Positions 10,459 through 18,925 of a stretch of DNA of 46,334 nt are shown here, piece by piece. Where the stretch lies: assembly GCA_031411295.1 (NCBI GenBank), contig JANOAV010000199.1, positions 1-46,334 on the forward strand, written 5' to 3'. The position numbers and the translations under genes were made by a program. The notes under the pieces were generated by a model. The model saw nothing but the letters and a program-made list of their open reading frames with translations. It made no database searches and was not told the origin of the DNA. Within the stretch, counting starts at the first letter, position 1, and each line of letters begins with the position of its first letter. The DNA is from Verrucomicrobiales bacterium (GTDB lineage Bacteria; Verrucomicrobiota; Verrucomicrobiia; Verrucomicrobiales; V1-33).

Positions 10459-10664
10459 CCCCCACCCACGCACCGAATCCCCGCACCCGAAAGCAGAAAT
10501 TCGCCCCGAACATGTGCCCCAGCATCCAAGCCATCTGCGCAGCAACGCCCCCGAGAGTGGCGGGTTGCAGCTGCCCTCACGACACAATTCACCCGTTGAT
10601 CCTTGCCTTCCCCTGAGATTTTCCCGTTTCCGGGTCCTTCTCGAAGCAACCTCCGCACCAGCGG

Positions 10665-13600
10665 TCACCGCATCTGGGAAACCTTCACCCGCATCCAGCG
10701 CTTTGGCGTGGCGGGGGTCTGGGCGACGCCGTCGACCACCGTGTATTGCACCCCATCAGTTGTGCTGACGCTCTGCGCTCCCAAGCTGTCTATATATAAG
10801 TCCCCATAGCCTTCGGCAATACTGGTCCAGGTTTGAAGATTACTGGAAACCTGGACTTCGTATTTGATGTCACGAGAGCCACCAATGCGGATTTTGAACA
10901 CGGCGCGCAGGCGCTTGGTGACGGGGTCGTAACTCACGGGTTGGTAACCGTTGTTCCGAACAAACGGATTCAGAACGAGGGCGAACTCAGCAAAATTGTT
11001 CAAGCCGTCCTTGTCCTGATCGCCTAATTCGCTCCCAGCCCCAAGGCCGAAAGGCACGGCAAATGCCGTATAAGAAGATTGTATATACATCGTAAAAACC
11101 CGTGTTGTAGTGCCAAGGCTATTAGTGGCAAAGATGGGAAAACTGAACGTGCCGGAGCGGTTCGGAATGGCACTGATGGTATTGGAGTGAGGGGCCGTCA
11201 GGAACACCCATGTGGGGATCGATGCACTAACAGACCAAACCGTGGCGGGATCGTCGGATGTAAGCGGCACATTATAACCCTGTCCGGCAGTCCAGTTCAC
11301 AGTCAGCGGACTCGTTATTGTCGGCCCGGTGGCTCCTGTAAAACTCACCCGGTCCAGCCACACCGAATTGCTGCCGCCATCACCCGAAGCATTGCGGGTG
11401 AACGTCCAGCGCAGCGTTTGCACCCCGGCTGGCACTGACTGAGTTCGACTGACCCACCCCGTGCTTCCGCTGACAGAATCCACGGTGTTCGCACCGATCC
11501 GCAATGACAGAATATCGCCGATTTCACTGTTAGTCTTCCAATAATAATTGATCGTTCCAGGCCCAGCCACTGTCGTTTCTAGGGTAGAACTTTCGCTGTG
11601 ATTGAGCGCTGGCGACTGCATGGAGTCCACGCCGTCCCAGCTTTCCACTTTCTGCCCGAACCACTTCTTGGCATCAGGCCGATTAAACGCGAGCAACGTG
11701 TTGTCGAGCGCGGTTGGAGGCGAAGGGTTTACCGTCAGCGAGAATACCTGCGTGGCAGTGCTCGACCCATTGGCCGCAGTTAGGATCATGCTCTGCGGCC
11801 CCGGCGTGGTCGGCGTGCCGAAGATGGCACCGGTTTGGGCGTTGACATCCAGTCCTGGAATCTTCGCGCCGGAAACGCCATAAGTTAGCGAACCGCCAGT
11901 CGCGACAATTTGACTCGTATAAGGCTGCCCCTCCTCGCAGGTATCGCTGATTGGTCCAGTAATGGTCAAAGTTTCATTCCAAACGATCTGGTCCACCCAT
12001 GCGCTATCGAGGTAATTGTTCCCTAGGTAATCTTTGGAATAGACCCAGCGCAACGTGTGCGTGCCGGTGCCAATCTGGTAGGTTTTCTGAGCCCACGACC
12101 TGTCGCCGCTCCAAACCCCGCCAGGTTGCACCACGCTGTCCACCAAGAAGCTGATCGTGTCGGTGTTAAGTTCGGAACTGACCTTCCACCAAAAACTGAT
12201 AGTGCCGGGACCAGTCACTTGTGTTTCCATGGCCGCAGACTCGTTGTCGCCGATGTGCGCCGCCTGCGCTGCATCCACCGTGTCTTTGGTCGTCGTGCTC
12301 TGGATGAACCACTGAGCGAAACCGGTCGGAAAGCTCCATGCCAAGGTGGGGGTCTCGGTGGCGTCACTGATAGCGGAGCCGGGGGCGATCACAAACGCCA
12401 TCGAGCGAGTCCCGGGCCCTCCGTTTCCTTCGACGGTTACAGTGGCGTTGTAGGTATTCGCAACCGTTGGTGTTCCAGTGATAAGACCACTATACTTCTC
12501 CAGCGTTAAGCCGGGAGGCAGTCCAATGGCGGACCAGGAGGTATAAGTGCCACTTGCCGACAATTGGAACGGCGTGAAAGGAGTCGCCACGGCACCACTG
12601 GCGCTGCTGCCGCTTGTGACAGTGAGCGGCGCGTAGAGAGTGCCATCAATAGAATAGGCTCCCAGACTCCCATAGTTGGAGTAGCCATCTGTCGCAGGAG
12701 AGCCAAAACCGACTCCGGTGATCCTCAGAAAATAGGTGCCTGCAGTCAGAGTCTGATTGATTCGAACTCGAAGGGCTTCCGTAATGATCGTCGCCTGCTC
12801 TGCTGCGGTGTAACCAGCGGGAAGCGCGACATTGTTCGACCCGCGAACGTCAGCCAAAGGCGCCGTCTGGCCCTGACGATAAAGTTCTACCCGGGGATTG
12901 AGGTTGGCGATGCCCACATTTCGCCTGAATCTGACAATGGGATCAGAATCAGTGAACGGCTCTGCTGGCGCTACGACTAGCTTCAACGCCTTCGTATCTG
13001 TGAAGGTGAAGGTGAACCAATCTTCATCCTGAAGCGTCGCTGAGACCCTTCCAATATTACCATTGGCAGTCATGCCCCCATTCGTGGAGATCGGTGATGC
13101 AGAGATAGATGCGTTGCCGTGGTCATCCGAAGCAAAACCAAACCCGTTACCGCCGACCCCCGTGTTCGCGATGATGGCGATGTCATCTTTCGCATTGATG
13201 ATGCCGGGAATAGGCGACGTCTGGAGGCTCGAGTAATCGGCATACTCACCATTATCCCATTGTGTCAGCAACCCGGTCCCGTTACCCATAATGGGAGACC
13301 ACAAGTGCGGCATTGGGCCAGCCTGCGGGCCAAGTCCCGGGAAGTAATCGTCCGGTTTAGCGGTCCACCCGTCATGTGTTAAGCCGAGGGTGTGACCTAA
13401 TTCGTGGCTGACATTCGTGCCCAATTCCTTCGTGTTGGTGGTGGGCCTTCCCGCGTCGAACGCTCCAATGAATGCGAAACACGGAACGTCGGATGCGTAT
13501 TGCACTCCGTCGGCGCGTCCAAAGGAGTCAATCTTGGCTATGCCTCCCTTCGGATCGATCAATGCAGTTATCCATACCCACGCATCGGTGGGTGTGACGA

Positions 13601-14003
13601 TGCACCGCATGCGACGTAAAGGCGACGCGCCTGTGTAGCGGCTCTCGATCGTGGTCACGTCCACATTGAAAGGAAGATAGTCTTCCTTTGCTACCTCATA
13701 GACCTCGAGCATTTGTTCAAGCGTCAGACCGCTGGGGTTTGCAGTGAAAGCCAGACCACAGTTCCATTCACGGGACGTGGATGCCCCGATATTCGCGCCG
13801 TCGAAGTCAATGTAGAGCACATGTGACGCCGTAGGCCGACTGCTTAATTGTGGTGGAGCGGCGAAAGGCCCGACCACAGCCTGAAGGTGTTCCTTGCCAA
13901 CCGGAACACTGCCTGTGCCATTGGCGCAGACAACTCCTGGGCACAATAGGGCTATCATACAGTGGCAGTAAAGCCAGCAGCCATTCTTTGATTTCAATTT
14001 CAT
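10665..14003 (-). CDS. Large secreted Zn-dependent metalloprotease with putative Ig-like repeats
   Basis: Signal peptide, LYIDFDG, HELGHTLGLTHDG, PIMG Met-turn, GLPPGL..GLITGTP Ig repeats, duplicated GPGTI.FWWK beta modules, and a C-terminal DQDKDGL..EFAL domain. Confidence 0.85.
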   Translation of the reverse strand: MKLKSKNGCWLYCHCMIALLCPGVVCANGTGSVPVGKEHLQAVVGPFAAPPQLSSRPTASHVLYIDFDGANIGASTSREWNCGLAFTANPSGLTLEQMLEVYEVAKEDYLPFNVDVTTIESRYTGASPLRRMRCIVTPTDAWVWITALIDPKGGIAKIDSFGRADGVQYASDVPCFAFIGAFDAGRPTTNTKELGTNVSHELGHTLGLTHDGWTAKPDDYFPGLGPQAGPMPHLWSPIMGNGTGLLTQWDNGEYADYSSLQTSPIPGIINAKDDIAIIANTGVGGNGFGFASDDHGNASISASPISTNGGMTANGNIGRVSATLQDEDWFTFTFTDTKALKLVVAPAEPFTDSDPIVRFRRNVGIANLNPRVELYRQGQTAPLADVRGSNNVALPAGYTAAEQATIITEALRVRINQTLTAGTYFLRITGVGFGSPATDGYSNYGSLGAYSIDGTLYAPLTVTSGSSASGAVATPFTPFQLSASGTYTSWSAIGLPPGLTLEKYSGLITGTPTVANTYNATVTVEGNGGPGTRSMAFVIAPGSAISDATETPTLAWSFPTGFAQWFIQSTTTKDTVDAAQAAHIGDNESAAMETQVTGPGTISFWWKVSSELNTDTISFLVDSVVQPGGVWSGDRSWAQKTYQIGTGTHTLRWVYSKDYLGNNYLDSAWVDQIVWNETLTITGPISDTCEEGQPYTSQIVATGGSLTYGVSGAKIPGLDVNAQTGAIFGTPTTPGPQSMILTAANGSSTATQVFSLTVNPSPPTALDNTLLAFNRPDAKKWFGQKVESWDGVDSMQSPALNHSESSTLETTVAGPGTINYYWKTNSEIGDILSLRIGANTVDSVSGSTGWVSRTQSVPAGVQTLRWTFTRNASGDGGSNSVWLDRVSFTGATGPTITSPLTVNWTAGQGYNVPLTSDDPATVWSVSASIPTWVFLTAPHSNTISAIPNRSGTFSFPIFATNSLGTTTRVFTMYIQSSYTAFAVPFGLGAGSELGDQDKDGLNNFAEFALVLNPFVRNNGYQPVSYDPVTKRLRAVFKIRIGGSRDIKYEVQVSSNLQTWTSIAEGYGDLYIDSLGAQSVSTTDGVQYTVVDGVAQTPATPKRWMRVKVSQMR

Positions 14004-14068
14004 AAGTTTAGAGTTTGTGCCACACTACTGAGGACAGAAGAGGAACCCAAAAGTCAATCCCGGGTGCA

Positions 14069-15300
14069 TCAATGTCCCCCCGGAATCCGCATCGCGCCCT
14101 CCCGGACGCTGCGGCGGTTCACTTCCGCGAGGCCGAGCCATTCTTCGTCGGGGTTGCTGGCGCGGTATTTGAAGGCGACCCAGGGCTCGCCTCCTTTGGC
14201 ATTTTCGAGGACGACGCCGGCTCCTCCTTGGTCGCCCATTTCCTCGGGGCTGGCTTCGTGCCACTTGCCTTCGATGATGCCCTGACCGGTGTCCCAGCGG
14301 TAACTCTTGCCGTCCTTGCTGATGGTAACGGTGCCGGTTTTGCTGGCCCCGATTTCCTGCCAGGTGATGCGCTTGTCACCCTCGACCCAGTGGACGGGCA
14401 GGCCGGTTTTGCTGGTGACCCAGCTTCCGAAGAGCCAGTTCTGGTCATTGGGCGGGCCGTAGTTGTGGCTGATGGGGCCTTCGTAGCCCATGCCGTGCGC
14501 GCTCAGCCAGTCGCCGAAATCGTTGAGACCCGTGTTGTAGATGAAAGCGGTGCCGCGTTTTTTGATGAGCGCGTCTAGTTCCGCCTTCACTTGGCGGAAT
14601 TTCTCCGGATCATCCGACCACTTGCCAGGAATGCGGTCGGTGAAGAATTTTTTGATATCGTCCTCCGTCAGGGGCTTTCCACCCGGGGCATCGGGCACAG
14701 CGGCACCGGGAATACGGGGAACGGGCTTGCCCGGCTGCGCGGGGGTGGGACGGGCCGTAGGTTTGACGGGAAGTGGGGGCACAGCCGGATTCGCATTGGG
14801 CATATCGTCGTCGGTGCCAGCTCTTATGCCGTCCCAGGTGTAAGCCGTCTGCGAGCCAGGCTCGCCCGGCCGTTGCAGAATGATGGGCTGTTTGCCGCCG
14901 GGGGTTTCCCCAACAAATTCGCCCTGCTGCCACTGGCCGGTGATGCGATCCCGCCACTGAATGGTCTGCCCGACCTTGAATCCATTTCCCGCAGCGGGGG
15001 CCGCCGCCGGCTTTTTCGCTGCCATGGGCTGGCGGACATTGTCCCAATCGTAGGCCGTCTGCGATCCGGCATCCCCGGGCGTTGCTGGATGACCGGTTGC
15101 TTGCCGCCGGGAGTTTCATACAAGAATGTCCCGTCCAACCACTGCCCCGAGATGCGGTCTTTCCATTGGATTTTCTGGCCCTCCTTAAACCCGTGTCCAC
15201 CATCTTGGGCAGAAAGCTGAAGTGTTGAAAATAAAAGGCTTGCGGCGGCGAGGGTCGCCCTGCCAGCGCAAGATACAAATTTAAAAGGTTTGATACTCAT
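14069..15300 (-). pseudogene. Secreted protein with two tandem SH3/Tudor-like repeats, split by a 1-bp frameshift at about 15073-15076
   Basis: MSIKPF... frame (signal peptide plus repeat 1) and MAAKK... frame (repeat 2) join if one G is added to CCGGGG, giving RPGDAGSQTAYDWDNVR versus repeat 2 RPGEPGSQTAYTWDGIR. Confidence 0.8.
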
Positions 15301-16059
15301 AAGAATAATGTGGATTTTTCTTCTTTGAGGGGGGGGGGCGACAAATAACACCTTATCCCCGCCGTGCAATAAAATTCTGCAGCGGGTTGTAATATTGAGC
15401 CGTAGCCCATGCCTCATAGCAATTTTATAATCAAACCAGACCTTGAACCTGTCCGATCCATTCAAAGTGCTGTGGGCAGATTTGGCCCGATGCGATGACA
15501 TGAGTGGTGCTGCAGAAAAATTCCACCGTGCTTGAGCTTGCTCAGCTTACACTTGAAACCGTGAGCACCGAAGCACAAACCACGCCCGTGTTCACCGCAA
15601 TGCGATTCCCCACCGGAGCTTATCGCGGCGGCACCCTAGAAGCGTCTAAAGGCTGAACACCAACCGATCACCTGACGAATTAGATTCAATAGGCGAATTC
15701 ACGGGAGCGGAAGTCGAAACCGTGTGCACGCCCAATGGCGGCAGGAGTGCGACAAAGGAGCTAGTGGATCATTGCCGCTACCACCACCTCCATGTTCCAA
15801 TTGTCTGCCCTCCTACTGTGTCCTATCCGATGCCTCAGTCAGCCGAAAACCTCTTGCCTCTCAGCAGGGCCTCTCCTAGTATCCGCCATTGGCCAACCCT
15901 GCTAACCCTGGTGGGAAAAATGTCCTAATATCCATGCACAATAGTTGTCGTAACATCAGCCAAATCATCGGCTGCGCCCCGAAGGTCGCAGAAATATGCG
16001 ACACTTTTGTTGCAGTATCACCCAAATGACTACGACACCCTTTGGGGGCTAAGTAGAAT

Positions 16060-16969
16060 GTTAGGCATCTCCACATCTCATCAACACCAACTGGCATGAC
16101 CAAAAAAAATCTTTGCTTGCTCGCGTTTGCCGCTTCCTGCGCGATTCACTCGCCGCCATCTGCCGCTCAATCCGAGACGCCCACGCAGCCAGCGAAAGAA
16201 CGTTTGCTCATTCACGTGAAGGAAATGTCCCAAGGACAAACCACCACCAAGTTCAAGGACCTGGATGGGCAGCCTACCACGACAAAGTCGGGCTTGCGGA
16301 TCGAACACGCCATGCGCGGCCAGGTCATCGTCCAGAAGTTTGTCTATTTTGAGGACGATAAGGATTATGCGTGGATGGAGCTCGAGTTTCCGCTCGTCCC
16401 CAACACACGCTTTGACGTCAATACCGGTCTATTCTCCAGCGCTGCGACAGAAGACGAAAAGCGTGAGACGGCCTACCTCGCCATGAGGCTTCAAGGTCAC
16501 GGTGGGTTCACGGTGCTCACGCATTCCAATGGCATAACCATCAAGGACGGCAAGATCGGAGGACGCGTGGGCAAGACTCTCGCCGGCCCATACGACTCTT
16601 ACTTTTTCGGGCCCAAAGGCGAGATCATCGCAGACAGAGATGGGCAGTATATACGCACTATTGAGGGTCCACTCAAATACACTGAAAAATCGCTCACGAC
16701 GGGCGACTTCAAAAGGCATGAACTGCCGGTCAGCGATTTGTTGGGCGATGCGCTGCTCAAGCTGCTCATGCCATGGATAATTGGAGGCGTTGCTTTAGCA
16801 GGGGGAGCAATCGTTTATTTCAAATATATACGACGAAAGTCGAAATCCCAAAACGCGGCCTAACATGCGCTACAGCGAACTACTCCAAGGTCCAAGGCGT
16901 AACGCATGCTGCTCCGCTGCCCTCCGGCAGCCTGCGCGCAGCCCTTGCGCAGTCGCTGAGCTTGGGTCG
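16060..16969 (+). mobile_element. Integron-type gene cassette B1
   Basis: Core GTTAGGC (16060-16066) and inverse core GCCTAAC (16858-16864, overlapping the stop codon), followed by a full attC. Confidence 0.85.
16096..16863 (+). CDS. Hypothetical exported protein with C-terminal membrane anchor (cassette cargo)
   Basis: 255 aa, signal peptide, C-terminal hydrophobic helix followed by basic residues. Confidence 0.8.
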   Translation: MTKKNLCLLAFAASCAIHSPPSAAQSETPTQPAKERLLIHVKEMSQGQTTTKFKDLDGQPTTTKSGLRIEHAMRGQVIVQKFVYFEDDKDYAWMELEFPLVPNTRFDVNTGLFSSAATEDEKRETAYLAMRLQGHGGFTVLTHSNGITIKDGKIGGRVGKTLAGPYDSYFFGPKGEIIADRDGQYIRTIEGPLKYTEKSLTTGDFKRHELPVSDLLGDALLKLLMPWIIGGVALAGGAIVYFKYIRRKSKSQNAA

Positions 16970-16975
16970 TTAGTC
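16858..16975 (+). other. attC recombination site (118 bp)
   Basis: R'' GCCTAAC; L'' arm GCTACAGCGAACT pairs with L' arm AGTCGCTGAGC leaving two extrahelical bases; R' GTTAGTC. It lies between two co-oriented small ORFs. Confidence 0.88.
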
Positions 16976-17294
16976 GTATGAACCGAGCTTCCCGCAAATG
17001 GCTGATCAGAATATTGATTCTTGGCGGGTTAGCTCTGTTTGTCGCCTTCGCGACATTCAGGTTTCAGAACTACCGAATCGGCAAGATCGACTTCATCATT
17101 TTGGACAACCAGCGTGAGAACGTGGCCAGTCTTTCGAGCGAAGAGTTCACCCGCTACGTCCAGCAGTGCGGAGGTTCTCTCGATTCTTCTAGTGCTCCGT
17201 GGACAGCGCGTTACGACGGCGTTTTCCAACACAAGGAGTGGACTTTTGTCTTTGCCACCCCTCAAGTCGAACCTTCCCGATGACAACGACTAAC
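16969..17294 (+). mobile_element. Integron-type gene cassette B2
   Basis: Begins GTTAGTCGT and ends ACGACTAAC (17286-17294), a 9-bp perfect complement. Confidence 0.85.
16978..17283 (+). CDS. Hypothetical small membrane-anchored protein (cassette cargo)
   Basis: 101 aa with an N-terminal TM helix. The ATG follows 2 nt after the core heptamer. Confidence 0.75.
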   Translation: MNRASRKWLIRILILGGLALFVAFATFRFQNYRIGKIDFIILDNQRENVASLSSEEFTRYVQQCGGSLDSSSAPWTARYDGVFQHKEWTFVFATPQVEPSR

Positions 17295-17382
17295 CTTCAA
17301 AGATAGCTTTGGGCGGCTTTGCGCCCCGAAGCTATTAGTTGTTGGACAGGCCCGGTGATGCACTCAGCGCTTTCGGCCTCGG
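17292..17382 (+). repeat. Right module copy B
   Basis: AACCTTCAAAGATAGCTTTGGGCGGCTTTGCGCCCCGAAGCTATTAGTTGTTGGACAGGCCCGGTGATGCACTCAGCGCTTTCGGCCTCGG. Confidence 0.9.
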
Positions 17383-17631
17383 GGACAAAGCACATGCAAA
17401 AATCCGCCGTGCCATGCCTAGTTTCTCCCGTCGCTTGCGTTGACTTTCCTATCATCGCCCCTAGGATCACGTCATGCCACCCACCACTCCTCATGTTCCT
17501 TTGCTCCGAACCATGCGCGCCTGCCCACTAGCTGCAGCCGGGGAGGTTTTTCCTAAATCTTCAGCGTCAACCACCGTTTCGACGCTCGGCCCCGCTGGTA
17601 GGGTTGCCAGCGCTTGAACGTTGCCAAGAAA

Positions 17632-18072
17632 ATGAAGATCCCCGATAAAGACGACTGGGAAGCGGCGTGGCGGGGTCTTGACGAAGGATGCGCATTCAGG
17701 AACTTCTACGAGAAGTCTTTGAAGGAGGCGTTGGCGCTATTTCAACAGTGTGCTGTCGTCTATCAAGAAGACTTGGTTTACATGCCGGAATCGCCATTCA
17801 GATACTACGTCCGCGCATACATTTACTACCTCGCAAGTGAGCGGTCACGCAGCGACTCAGACGCGGCAAATTGCTTTCTCATGTTGATTGAAACGCGGTT
17901 CAGAGATCACCCGGATTGGTTGGATTGTTCGTGGAGTCGGATTGTTCCGGTCCTTCAAAAGATTGCTGAACAACAGGAGGATTTTTACGATGCCAACCAA
18001 ACCATCTATGGTGACTTTGGTAAGAGGGTTCGTCGCCTTCTCGACAACCAAACTAAGGCAGAACAAGCCTAG
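17632..18072 (+). CDS. Hypothetical acidic helical protein, probable degenerate cassette cargo
   Basis: 146 aa from MKIPDK. Preceded by ...CCAGCGCTTGAAC-GTTGCC (17620) and ends over GGCAGAAC (18057-18064). Confidence 0.75.
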   Translation: MKIPDKDDWEAAWRGLDEGCAFRNFYEKSLKEALALFQQCAVVYQEDLVYMPESPFRYYVRAYIYYLASERSRSDSDAANCFLMLIETRFRDHPDWLDCSWSRIVPVLQKIAEQQEDFYDANQTIYGDFGKRVRRLLDNQTKAEQA

Positions 18073-18346
18073 GGGATTCAGGGGGCGGGCTTTGCCCTGA
18101 CTGGTTCCGCCTGATGCGTTTTGTGTTGGCGTGGTGTTGGCATGATCCCGTTTCAACCGCAGAGGATGGAGAGGGCGCAGAGTCGGAAATCCCTTCAGGA
18201 AATCCCCCGCCCGACAGTTGCCTCCCCCGCAGTTCCCCAAAAACCCGTTGTCATCATCCATGGGAATTCACGCGCCTCCGAGCGGAAATCGACATTAACG
18301 TTGACGATCACGCGCCTCTGCGGCTAAATCCCACCAAACTTCCACT

Positions 18347-18436
18347 ATGAAATCACTACCCCGCGCAAAAACCGACAACCCTGTCGCCTCTAAAGAAGCC
18401 CGGAAACAATCGACACTTCTGTCGGTGATCAACTAG
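18347..18436 (+). CDS. Putative 29-aa leader ORF of left module, copy C (MKSLPRAKTDNPVASKEARKQSTLLSVIN)
   Basis: Hand-translated. 73/90 nt and 20/29 aa identical to 613-702 with no gaps. TAG overlaps the GTT at 18436. Confidence 0.5.
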   Translation: MKSLPRAKTDNPVASKEARKQSTLLSVIN

Positions 18437-18794
18437 TTAGGCGTTACTACCCGCTCACCATGAAACATCGCCGAATAAGTTTGTTCCTGATTGGCCTCAT
18501 TTACATCGGCAGCTACGTCGCCATTCGGAGTCAGGCAGTTCATTTCCCACTTACTCCAGGCTCCCGTGGCTACTCGCCGAACGAATATCGAGAGACGCTC
18601 ATTCTTCAGGCACCCGTTGCCCGTAATCAGCAGTCCTCAGCGTCGTTCTTTAGTGGCGCATATTCACCACTCCGCGCTCTCGACCGTGCGCTATGTGGCT
18701 CAGATGTGGTTTTTCAGTCTCCGGCTACCATGTTGCCAGATTTTTCCTATCCTCCACTTTCAGCACTTCAATCCGAATGACCGCAACGCCTAAC
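18436..18794 (+). mobile_element. Solo integron-type gene cassette C
   Basis: Begins GTTAGGCGTT and ends AACGCCTAAC (18785-18794), a 10-bp perfect complement. Confidence 0.8.
18460..18780 (+). CDS. Hypothetical small membrane-anchored protein (cassette cargo)
   Basis: 106 aa, N-terminal TM helix, fills the cassette. Confidence 0.75.
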   Translation: MKHRRISLFLIGLIYIGSYVAIRSQAVHFPLTPGSRGYSPNEYRETLILQAPVARNQQSSASFFSGAYSPLRALDRALCGSDVVFQSPATMLPDFSYPPLSALQSE

Positions 18795-18925
18795 CTTCAA
18801 AGATAGCTTTGAGCGGATTTTCACCTCACCACTATTAGTTGTTGGACAGGCCCGGTGATTCACTCAGCGCTTTCGGCCTCGGTGGCTGTTCGGCGGGCCT
18901 CTGCGGTTTGCTTTGCGAGTTTGGC
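18792..18925 (+). repeat. Right module copy C
   Basis: Matches the reverse complement of 1-136 over about 130 bp. The 3' arm of the first hairpin is mutated. Confidence 0.9.

Noticed and set aside
15340..16057. Integrase gene or remnant upstream of the cassette array
   Set aside because: No long ORF and no tyrosine-recombinase motifs in the short ORFs. The region remains unexplained.
17297..17494. Antisense peptide encoded by the right module (...PVQQLIASGRKAAQSYL)
   Set aside because: The same frame has an in-frame TGA in copies A and C, so it is not a conserved ORF.
1..18925. Repeated modules as a CRISPR array
   Set aside because: The repeats are 90-135 bp, dispersed and enclose whole genes. 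There is no regular repeat-spacer period and no cas gene.
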